From IMG/VR virus record IMGVR_UViG_3300045988_171260: a stretch of DNA of 64,000 bases; one strand, given 5' to 3'. Within the stretch, counting starts at the first letter, position 1. Every line of letters begins with the position of its first letter. The stretch is from a virus. This document shows, piece by piece, positions 30,284-39,479 of the stretch. The position numbers were made by a program, and so were the translations under genes. The notes under the pieces were generated by a model. It had not been told where the DNA came from and ran no database searches. It saw nothing but the letters and a program-made list of their open reading frames with translations.

Positions 30284-30516
30284 TTAGCATCTTCCTCTTC
30301 TTTTTCTTTATTTTCTAAGAAAAATTGTTCTAAATTTCTCTTAATATCTTCATATTTCCCTAATTCGTTAATAATTTCCTCAAAAGGACAGTTTTTACAA
30401 ACTGAACCTTCACCTGGATATTCGCCGTAAATTTCACACAGCCAATCTTCTGCTGGACATCCGCCAGCGATTCTACATTCAAAATTATCCTTTTCTCTAG
30501 TAAAATATTTAGTCAT
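30280..30516 (-). CDS. small Cys-rich protein
   Basis: 78 aa; CRIAGGCPAEDWLC...CKNCP. Confidence 0.35.
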   Translation of the reverse strand: MTKYFTREKDNFECRIAGGCPAEDWLCEIYGEYPGEGSVCKNCPFEEIINELGKYEDIKRNLEQFFLENKEKEEEDAK

Positions 30517-30539
30517 TTATTTTCCTTCTTTCTTCTCTT

Positions 30540-30573
30540 TATTATATATAAATTATATCATTTTTTTTTAAAA
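30540..30573 (-). promoter_or_regulatory. sigma-70-type promoter (TTGATT-N17-TATAAT)
   Basis: Member of repeated tatatcat...aaaaaaatcaatt block upstream of 30516. Confidence 0.5.
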
Positions 30574-30748
30574 AAATCAATTTTTAAATTTTGGATTTAG
30601 AAAATGCTGAGACCTTTTTTAAATCAAGAATCGGCTGCCTACGCCCCAGTGGAGTAAGGATTTTTTAACAAAAAAGAAAGAGAAATGATTTAAAAATCAT
30701 CTCTCTTTTTAAGATTATATTCCTCTTTTTAAGATTAGTAATATAAAA

Positions 30749-33238
30749 TTACTCTTTTACTTTGCCCAAGTTTTCAATTAGTTTTTCAAGATTGGTTCCT
30801 CTTAACAATCTATCTGTTACTTCTGCGACAGATTCATTACCTCGAGCGATTGCGTATGGAGCCATTGATTTTGTTACAGTTTCAAGCATAGAAGCATTTG
30901 ATGTAGATGTAAGTGCGGCAACTAAGTCTGGACCGATTGCTGTTACAATCTTACTAACAGTTTCAGCATAAGCTTCCTGTTTAGCTTTCTCAATATTAGC
31001 TTTAGCTTTTTCATATTCTAATTGAGTAGTATCTTCTTTCTTAGTTCTTTCCAATTTAGCCTCAGTAATAGCATCAATAAGGGTCTGCATATCACATTCC
31101 GCTTGTTTCTTAGCTTCAAGCTGCTCCCGCTCCTTCTTATCTAATTCTTCTTTTGCTTTAAGCTCTTCCATTTCAAGAGTTTTCTTAAGTTCAAGTTTAT
31201 GAATTTGATTATCATATCTAATCTTAGCTTCTTCTTTTTCAAAAGCAGCTAATTTAGTTACAACTTCCATTTTTCTTGTTGCATCAGATAATTCAAGACA
31301 TTTACGAATCATTTCTTCTTGATGCTCATTAAGAATATCAGCAACATTTTGTTCAACAGCTATTTTTAACACTTCTACATCATGTACAAGCATACCATTT
31401 TCTTTAAAGAAACGTCCTTCTCTTTCAATTTCTGGTTTTCCATTTTTTATGTTTTTATCATCTGAAAGATCTAAGCAAACTTTTCTAACAATATCAGAAG
31501 CATTTGTATAAAAATCTTCAATATTGTATTTTTTTGCTTCTCTTTTTAGTAAGCTTCTCTGGCGGTCACACATATATTTAACATAATTCTCTACAGAAAA
31601 CCATTTATCTTTATACTTCTCCAAGAAGTCTACGCAGTAAGATACTTTAATTTGAACATTAACAAAATCCTTTGTCTGAACGTTAATTAAATCAGAAATT
31701 TTGTTATTCTCAACCCGTAAGAAAACAGTCTTAATTAAGTTATCTGTTGTTTTAGGGCGTCCTGTTGATAATTCTAAAACTTCAAGAGTTTCATCATAAT
31801 TAAGTAGTTTTGTTTTTGGTCCAACTACTACTTCTCTTTTACCAGATTTAGAAGTTACATTGATTGCATATCCAGTCCAAACATCAATAGTAATAACTCC
31901 ATCAAATCTATTATCTATTGTGATAGTTCTAGGTTTAGTGTAAGAAGTTCCTCTGCTAATACCAGCATTACTTTCAAGACAATCCATTGAAGCTACATCT
32001 GAAAATGCTGAATTAAAAATGAGATTCTTAATGTCAGAAACTCCACCAGTTTTTTTAATATTTTTCTCTAAAGATTTCTCATTTAAAGATTTATTATATT
32101 CAATAGCATCAACGTTACCTGGATACCATAACTGGCACTCTTTTGAAGTTAATTTTCTTTTTACAACTACTTCTTTACGCGGATCTGGTAAATACATCTT
32201 AGGTCCAACTACAGTCTTAATTTCACCAGTTTCACGATTCATCACATATCGACCTTCGCCTTCTGGAATAGCAATAGCGTGATGCATATGTTTTCCATCA
32301 TAAGAAATAATCGCGTGCTCTGGTCTTGGATAATAAATCATCTGCTCATTTCCAGTGATGAATAATTCTTCTCCGATTGGATGAGTAACTCCATTTTCAG
32401 TGTATTCTGCGATAACTTTTACATAGATACCAGAAATTTTTGATAACTCGATAGCTCTAAAACAATAGCTGCCATGTGAAGTTTTAACAAATGTTTCTGT
32501 TGGTTTTGGAAAAACTACATCTGGTCCATGTAGATACCTCTTATTTCCATTTTCATCTTTTAAAATACAATATTCGAGTCTTTCAAGAGTAACTGCATCT
32601 CTAATATAGTTCTTTTCATCGACAGGAATAACTTCAATACCTGTTGGCGGGATGTAAAAAGATACTTTTGTTCCTTCAATAACAAGCATCTGACCCGGAA
32701 AAAACTTGTTTGAAGTTTTCTGTTCTTTTCCATCTGTATCTGTAACTACGCCTTCATTTTTATTCGCGGCGTCCGCATCATAAACTCTAGCTAAAAGATA
32801 CTGATTACTTCTAAGGCGGTGTCCTTGAATTACTTTCGCCATCTGCCCAGGATAAAGAGCAAAAGACTCTGGACCGAAGATGTTTACTTTCTTACCGATC
32901 TCAAGATTAGATGGAGACTGATTTGGTCTACCTGCCTGCGGATGCTGCCCATCTGCTGTTGGATTTTTTAATACCACATACCAGCCTTCTGGGGCTGAAA
33001 TAAAAAGTTGCTTGGCTTTATCATAATCTCCACACTCTTCAAAACGTTTATTCACAGTATTGAAAATAACTGGAGTTTCCTGCTGAGAAAGTGAAGTCTG
33101 AAAAGGTCCGACTGCACATTTGATATTACCATCTGTTTTACTCAAAATGTGAGCAAACTCATTCATATTTAAAACAAAATCTCTCTGGCGAGGAGCTACT
33201 GCTCTTCCGTCATTTTCGTATTCATCATATCTTCCCAT
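30749..33238 (-). CDS. major vault protein (MVP) homolog
   Basis: 829 aa; N-terminal MVP-repeat-like segments (FALYPGQ, YIPP); shoulder region [27 protein letters not shown] versus human [41 protein letters not shown]...[13 protein letters not shown] versus LFSVPDFVGDACKA...DDFHKNSARIIRT; long coiled coil; C-terminal [11 protein letters not shown] versus EAIGPSTIRDL. Confidence 0.75.
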   Translation of the reverse strand: [829 protein letters not shown]

Positions 33239-33267
33239 TCATTTACCTCTTTATTTTTTTTATTTTC

Positions 33268-33300
33268 TTTATGTATTTATTATATCATAATTTTTTAATT
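33268..33300 (-). promoter_or_regulatory. sigma-70-type promoter upstream of MVP-like gene
   Basis: Minus strand TTGAAA-N17-TATAAT within repeated tttattatatcataatttttt block. Confidence 0.45.
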
Positions 33301-33364
33301 TTTTCAATTTATGTAAATATATCTGACCATTTTTAATAATGTTGAGGAATTGAAACTATGAAAA

Positions 33365-34567
33365 CTACTTAGCTTTCATAGCTTCAACATATTTATTACC
33401 TTTAAGCTCTTTATCTTTTGCTAATTCTTTATTTATGATATTTAAGTCATCAACATCCATTCCTTTTAAAAGAGAAATCTGAATTACTTCTTTTAAATTT
33501 GAAAATACCTGCTCTAATTTTGCGATACGGTTAATGGTTCTATAAGAAAATAAACATTCAATTCCCATAGAATCAGTTGCTTTTCTAAAAGCATGAGCAA
33601 AGTTTACTAAGTCCATATTATTTAAAGCCATAGCCTTCTCAATTTTTGGGGAATAGTCAATATTAACTAAAGCAAATCTATCAAGAGAAGCTCTATCAAG
33701 ACAATAGCGTCCAGTGTAATTATTATCTGCACCTGTGCCTAATGTATTACCTGCCGCGATAATTCGAAAATTTGGATGTGCTTCTACTTTGCCAATAGGA
33801 AAATCAAAATACCTATTAGCAATCGCCGCGTTTAATATAATTAAAACTTCTGGAATAGAACCATCCATTTCATCAAGGAAGAAAACTCCGCCTTTAGTAA
33901 ATACTTTGTAGAATTGAGTTTCTTGATATTTACCATTTGCATCAATAAAACCAGTCAGTTTATATTCTTGAGTTACAGCATTGGTAAAATAAAAATCTAA
34001 ACCAAGAGCTTCTGCAACTTGCTTACAGATAACGTTTTTACCAGTTCCTGCCTTGCCAGTCAGATATACTGGAATATCAAGATTAACAATCTGCAATACC
34101 TCGTCAAATTTCTCATGTAAAGTACCTTCAATTTTTCGGGTTTCTGTTGGAGTCTTAATTTCATGCTTCTCTGGGAGGAAACCATAAACTTCTTTAATTC
34201 TTGCATCAATTTTAGGTACAATAATATTCATAATTTCGTCTTCACTTGCTTTTGCAATAGTAGACATCATAAACTTCTGCATTTCTTTAATCATCTGTGC
34301 AGTAGTTTGAGCCATAGCATCTGTCATTAAATTTGCATTTTTTGATTCTATTCTTGGCATATCTTTATCAACCTCTTTCTTCTCTTTTTCAACACTAATA
34401 GAGGAACCATTTTTAAAAATGATTGCAGCGTCAGAAGCTTCTGACTTTTTCTTGGCTTTTATCGCACAACGTTCATGTGCATACCTATTTGCATTTACTT
34501 TAATAAAAGGTTCAAAATCACGATCAAATCTTTCACCACAAAAATAACATTTTACTGGATGTCCCAT
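33365..34567 (-). CDS. AAA_5 / MoxR-like ATPase with N-terminal zinc ribbon
   Basis: CYFCGERF...HERC; Walker A LTGKAGTGKN, Walker B FFLDEMD, sensor AAGNT, LDRASLDRF. Confidence 0.65.
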   Translation of the reverse strand: MGHPVKCYFCGERFDRDFEPFIKVNANRYAHERCAIKAKKKSEASDAAIIFKNGSSISVEKEKKEVDKDMPRIESKNANLMTDAMAQTTAQMIKEMQKFMMSTIAKASEDEIMNIIVPKIDARIKEVYGFLPEKHEIKTPTETRKIEGTLHEKFDEVLQIVNLDIPVYLTGKAGTGKNVICKQVAEALGLDFYFTNAVTQEYKLTGFIDANGKYQETQFYKVFTKGGVFFLDEMDGSIPEVLIILNAAIANRYFDFPIGKVEAHPNFRIIAAGNTLGTGADNNYTGRYCLDRASLDRFALVNIDYSPKIEKAMALNNMDLVNFAHAFRKATDSMGIECLFSYRTINRIAKLEQVFSNLKEVIQISLLKGMDVDDLNIINKELAKDKELKGNKYVEAMKAK

Positions 34568-34574
34568 ACACTAA

Positions 34575-35414
34575 TCAACTCCTTTGCTTATCTTGTAATT
34601 TTTCAACAATCTTTTTAACATCATATCCATTTTCTCTAATCCAATAACTATTTAAAATTACGACCGAACCATTTTTACAATTAAGATTTTTTTTAATTAT
34701 ATCTAAATCTTGAATTGGACATCCATATGAGAGAGCGAAAAGAGTTTCTTTAAGATCTGGACAAGTTTCTAAGTATTTAAAGCCAAATCTTCTAAACATG
34801 GATGGATGTGCTATTGGAAAACAAAGTTTTTGTAAGTCCAATTCTTGTCCATAACTTTTTACTTTTACCATTGGAAAAACTGCTTCACTTCTGTTCACAG
34901 TCATCGCTCCAATAAAACCTACTGATAATTCTACTGAGGTGCCTTGAGATTCAAGGAGTTTAATTATAGTAAGTAATGTAGCACCAGCTTTTATAAAAAA
35001 ATCTTGTGACTCACCACAACTTCCAGCAATAGAATAAATAATCGAAATTGTTTTTTTCTTTTGCGGAATTTTATTAATAGTAATCATTGAATTAGGAAGA
35101 TTCCTGATTGCATTTGGAACATTTGGCACATATCCAATAACCGCGTTTGTAGGAACTCTTTTGTTTATAGTAATTAGATTACTATAGCTTTTGCTTTGTT
35201 CCTTCACTTGTTTTTTTATATCTGGTAAAATTTCAGTATATCCTTTTCTAATTAAAGAACTCGCTTCTGCATAGGATTCCGTTCCGTACCATGTTGGTTT
35301 TCTTTCAGGTTTTTCTGAACTATTGCAGTTCCTCATTATTTGATTATTAGGGCGAGAATCTAAGACTTTAATCATTTCATCAATGCTTTTAAAATTCTCA
35401 GTAATAAATCTCAT
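34575..35414 (-). CDS. hypothetical protein
   Basis: 279-aa ORF tightly following the AAA gene. Confidence 0.4.
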   Translation of the reverse strand: MRFITENFKSIDEMIKVLDSRPNNQIMRNCNSSEKPERKPTWYGTESYAEASSLIRKGYTEILPDIKKQVKEQSKSYSNLITINKRVPTNAVIGYVPNVPNAIRNLPNSMITINKIPQKKKTISIIYSIAGSCGESQDFFIKAGATLLTIIKLLESQGTSVELSVGFIGAMTVNRSEAVFPMVKVKSYGQELDLQKLCFPIAHPSMFRRFGFKYLETCPDLKETLFALSYGCPIQDLDIIKKNLNCKNGSVVILNSYWIRENGYDVKKIVEKLQDKQRS

Positions 35415-35624
35415 ATCTTATCAAACCCTTTCTTTTTCTTTATATATCTATTATATCATAATTTTTATAAAAAATAAAAGATGCTTTTTTATTTAGCCTT
35501 TATAAAGATATAAAAAAGAAAGCTTTTTCTTTTTCATACATATAATTATATCAAAAAATTATAAAAAAATAAAGGTTACATTTTATAATGTAACCTTTCA
35601 TATAACTTATTTAAAATAATTGTT

Positions 35625-37190
35625 TTATTTAGCTTCATCAATAGTAGGCTCAATATTGACGGTAACATCTTTGTCTTTTACTAATTTAGCTCCAAGGATT
35701 CCTGACAGTAAGCCTTTAAGATCTAATCCCATAGACTCACTCAATCCTTCTGATACCTGAGTAATGTTCTTCATCACATTCTCAGTTAGCTTAGAGCTAT
35801 CTCCGCCATACATATAGATTTTATCTACGTTTGTATAAGCTTTACCTGCGGCTTCCGCGATAGCTGGCATCTGTTCAAATAATGTTTTAATAGCCTGTAA
35901 TTGCATATCCATCTGTGCAGCTTCGCCATACTGTTTCATAGCTTCAGCTTTCTTTAAAATACCTTCAGCTTCCGCTAAAGCTTTAGCCTGAACTGCAGCA
36001 GCTTCAGCCTCTCCTTTAGCTTTAATACCAGCAGCTTCGTTTTCCATCGCAATCTTCTGAGCTTCTGCGGCAGCCTTGGTTGCTTCCGCTTGCTGTTCAG
36101 CTTCAAATTTTTCAGCTTCAGCTTTTTTCTGTCTCTCGAACAATTCAGCTTCAGAAGCTTTCTGAATTTCATAAAGTTTAGCATCTGCGTCCTGCTGAGC
36201 CGCGTATTTACGAGCTTCCGCTTCTTTCTTAACTTCCGCTTCAAGTGTTCTTTCTTTAATTGCAACTGCCCGCTCCTTCAATTCAATTTCTTTCTCTTGT
36301 CTAGCCAAGTTGGCGTTAGCAGTTGTAATTTCAATAGTCTTACGCTGTTCTTCCTGTTGAATCTGATAAGCTGCATCTGCTTCAGCTTTCTTTGTATCAG
36401 CTTCCTTCTGTAACTCAGCTTTCTGAATAGAAAGTTCATTTTGTTTCTTAGCGATTTCCAAATCAGCTTTTACTTTTGCATCATTTGCTGCCTGAGCTGC
36501 TTCCGCCTTAGCAACCGCAATTTCTTTTTCTGCTTTTGCTTTTGAAATAGCTGCGTCTTTACTAATCTGAACAGTATTTTCCAGACCTAAGTTTTCGATA
36601 ACTCCGTTGCGGTCTTTAAAATTCTGGATATTAAAAGTTGTTAAATCAAGTCCCATATCATTAAGATTAGGAGTCACGTTATCAATGACTTTTTCAGCAA
36701 AAGCCTTTTTATCTCCTTGAATTAATTCTTTTAAAGTTGTTTGAGAAATGATTTCTCGAATATTACCTTCAAAGACAGGAGTAATAATCTCTTTAATTTG
36801 ATCAGGTCTATAACCTAAAAACTTTGAAGCCGCAATTTTCAGTCTTTCTGGATCCTGAGAAATAGATACGTTTGCTACTGCATCTACAAGAATATTGATT
36901 GCATCGCTTGTAGGGATTTCATCTCTTGATGTAAAATCTGATTGAATGTTTTCAAGAGACAAATAATCTACTCTTTGAATAATTGGAATTACAAAACAGC
37001 CTTTTCCAATAGCAGTTCTACATCCTCTCGGACCTGTAATTACCATTGCTGTGTTAGGTGGAGCTTTTTTATACATTGTCTTACTAATTCCCACAATAAT
37101 GGCAATAACAATAGCAAGAATTATAACTGTCGTAAAAACAGGTGCACATTTAGCTAAAGTAAAAAGAATTGCGTTTCCTATATTTCCCAT
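35625..37190 (-). CDS. SPFH / band-7 (flotillin-like) membrane protein with long coiled coil
   Basis: N-terminal TM helix, SPFH-like core (VITGPRG...IPIIQRVDYLSL...), ~250-aa Ala/Glu/Lys-rich coiled coil. Confidence 0.65.
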   Translation of the reverse strand: MGNIGNAILFTLAKCAPVFTTVIILAIVIAIIVGISKTMYKKAPPNTAMVITGPRGCRTAIGKGCFVIPIIQRVDYLSLENIQSDFTSRDEIPTSDAINILVDAVANVSISQDPERLKIAASKFLGYRPDQIKEIITPVFEGNIREIISQTTLKELIQGDKKAFAEKVIDNVTPNLNDMGLDLTTFNIQNFKDRNGVIENLGLENTVQISKDAAISKAKAEKEIAVAKAEAAQAANDAKVKADLEIAKKQNELSIQKAELQKEADTKKAEADAAYQIQQEEQRKTIEITTANANLARQEKEIELKERAVAIKERTLEAEVKKEAEARKYAAQQDADAKLYEIQKASEAELFERQKKAEAEKFEAEQQAEATKAAAEAQKIAMENEAAGIKAKGEAEAAAVQAKALAEAEGILKKAEAMKQYGEAAQMDMQLQAIKTLFEQMPAIAEAAGKAYTNVDKIYMYGGDSSKLTENVMKNITQVSEGLSESMGLDLKGLLSGILGAKLVKDKDVTVNIEPTIDEAK

Positions 37191-37243
37191 GTTTTTCTCC
37201 TTTAATATAATATTTAATTGTCAATGTTCATTATTTATTTATT

Positions 37244-37462
37244 TTAATCGTTTGGTACAATTTTTTCACCAATAGGCTGATTTAGTTCATCTACCTCTTG
37301 GATAAAGTTAATAGTGTTCTTTTTTAAATTACCAAAGTTTTTCATAAAGGCATCTGTTGCGGTCTTAGCATCAATCGCTTTAATTTTGGTCTTTGTACGA
37401 GTTACATTTGGATTATACTTTTTATTTATCTGCCAATTAAAAATAAAAGTTTTCATCAACAA
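37244..37462 (-). CDS. hypothetical small protein
   Basis: 72-aa ORF. Confidence 0.3.
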   Translation of the reverse strand: MLMKTFIFNWQINKKYNPNVTRTKTKIKAIDAKTATDAFMKNFGNLKKNTINFIQEVDELNQPIGEKIVPND

Positions 37463-37513
37463 TCTCCTTTTTGTTTATTTATTTATTATAAAAATATTAT
37501 ATAATATTTTTTG

Positions 37514-38560
37514 TTAAAATTCAAATGCTTCCGCTTTTAATTCAGGATGAGTAATTTTAATATAAGTACCTTTCATGCCCATACTAGCAATATCTGCTAC
37601 TTTATTCTCTTTCATTTTACTTAAAAGATTATTATAAACAGAACGTGAAATTTTGTTTTTTTCAACCAACTTAACGATACTTATACTGCCCTCACTGCCA
37701 ATTTCTTCAATAATAGAATAATAAGCTCTCTCTTCTGCATTAGTTAATTGTCTAAAGAAATTTTTTTTTGAAATAAATTCTTTTTTAACTCCGTCAAAAG
37801 AACTTCTTAAAATTTCAATAGTACCAATATCTAACGCAGCTTCTGCGTTTTCACGTTCTGGAGATTTTCTATTGCGATATTTTGTTGCGAACCTATCTAC
37901 ATCATACATAAGAGTTTCTGCGAGATATAATTTTTTTTCTGGATTTGAGCATACCTTTAATAAACCATACTTTAAATTCCAAAGCATAGTAAAGTTTTCT
38001 TCTTTTGGTTGAATACACTCTAAGTAAGGTTTATTTTGAACATATTGTTCTAAGAAATAAAATAATCTTTTTGCATTATGCAATTTCTTATTATCTGTAG
38101 GATTCTGCTTTAATGTATGAACTAACTGACCGCTAATGGACTGTATTGCCCTAAGTTCATCATATCTTGCAATAGATTCTCTTGAGGCGATAAAATATTT
38201 ATGAAATAAATCTTTATATTTTGGATTTATAATACAATATTCTGTAAATAAAATCTCTGTATAGTTGATATTTTGTTTCATTAGCTGAATCCGCAGAGAA
38301 CGAAAGTCTTTTAAATCAATATGTTCACCATTTTTATAATGGATTTCTTTAGAAAGTAGTGAAGTGTTTAAACACAAATCAGAAAAAGATGGCAAAATAA
38401 ACACCTTACTATCAACATCACTAGTCTCTGTCGCAAAACCATAGTTTTGAGAGCCATAAAGAAAGATACCTAAAATTCTATCTTCATTATAACCTAAGTC
38501 GATTACATAGTCTAAATGCTCTTGAAGTCTTTTCATTATTTTTTCTTTTTGTACAGCCAT
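37514..38560 (-). CDS. Pol-beta superfamily (minimal) nucleotidyltransferase with C-terminal winged-helix-like region
   Basis: LYGSQNYGFATETSDVD matches GS...DxD NTase motif; C-terminal SIIEEIGSEGSISIVKLVEKNKISRSVYNNLLSKM HTH-like. Confidence 0.55.
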   Translation of the reverse strand: MAVQKEKIMKRLQEHLDYVIDLGYNEDRILGIFLYGSQNYGFATETSDVDSKVFILPSFSDLCLNTSLLSKEIHYKNGEHIDLKDFRSLRIQLMKQNINYTEILFTEYCIINPKYKDLFHKYFIASRESIARYDELRAIQSISGQLVHTLKQNPTDNKKLHNAKRLFYFLEQYVQNKPYLECIQPKEENFTMLWNLKYGLLKVCSNPEKKLYLAETLMYDVDRFATKYRNRKSPERENAEAALDIGTIEILRSSFDGVKKEFISKKNFFRQLTNAEERAYYSIIEEIGSEGSISIVKLVEKNKISRSVYNNLLSKMKENKVADIASMGMKGTYIKITHPELKAEAFEF

Positions 38561-38577
38561 ATAATTCCTCCTTTCAT

Positions 38578-39303
38578 TTAAAGAGTAAATTTTCTATCAT
38601 AAAAATATTTTTCTACTTTCATTTCATCTAAGTCAAATAAGGCGACTTTTCCTGAATTAACAGAATTTAAGTCTAAATCTATTTTATGACCATTAGCGTA
38701 TATTAAAATTTCTGCTTTAGCGGTCTGACCTAAAACAGAAGATACCCACTGAACAGGAGAATGTCCATGGATGATATACCGGTTTTCATGTTCTTTTGTT
38801 TTATTCCAATCTTCAAAAATATGGATTCTACCCCATAAATAAGGTAATTCAGTTTTTTCGATTACTTTCATTTCTTCTTTGGATTTATCTATATTCATTC
38901 CAGCGTGAGATAGAAAAATTTTCTGACCTTTCGTGTTCGTATAATTTATATATTCTGGTAAATTATTTAATTTTTTTACAAGGTTAATCAAAGAATCATC
39001 ACTCCATAAAGAAAGAGAGTCCCAGGTAGGTCTTCCGCCATCGGAAAACCAAAAAAGTAGAAATTCAGTATCTCCATGAAGATATTCTGAAATACAGGAT
39101 GCCGCCATATGCTCGTGGTTTCCTTTTAAATAAATAACTCTTTTATCTTTTAAAAGTTCTTCCATGAGAACTACTCCATCTGGACCGCGGTCTATTGCAT
39201 CTCCGAGGAAATATAATGTATCTGTTTCATCGCAATAATTTTTAATTTGACGCCATAAATCGTAGCAACCATGCAAATCTGTAAAACAATAATGTTTATT
39301 CAT
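38578..39303 (-). CDS. metallophosphatase (PP-lambda / ApaH-like)
   Basis: CFTDLHGC, LGDAIDRG, KGNHEHM, GHSP motifs. Confidence 0.65.
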   Translation of the reverse strand: MNKHYCFTDLHGCYDLWRQIKNYCDETDTLYFLGDAIDRGPDGVVLMEELLKDKRVIYLKGNHEHMAASCISEYLHGDTEFLLFWFSDGGRPTWDSLSLWSDDSLINLVKKLNNLPEYINYTNTKGQKIFLSHAGMNIDKSKEEMKVIEKTELPYLWGRIHIFEDWNKTKEHENRYIIHGHSPVQWVSSVLGQTAKAEILIYANGHKIDLDLNSVNSGKVALFDLDEMKVEKYFYDRKFTL

Positions 39304-39479
39304 ATCTATTCCTCACTTTTCTTTTATTATAAATATATTATATAATAATTTTAATGAAAAATCAATTTTTATTCTATTGGACAAAACAAAATAATTTTAA
39401 AATTAGATTTTTAATAAGTTTTATAGAAGAAAATAATTTTGTTTATATAAAAATTTTAAGAAAGGAATAGATAATATAA

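Noticed and set aside
35975-36413. ORFs 35975..36265 (-) and 36090..36413 (+) with Lys/Arg/Leu- or Phe/Ser-rich products
   Set aside because: Alternative-frame artefacts of the Ala/Glu/Lys-rich coiled-coil region of the SPFH gene; low-complexity translations.
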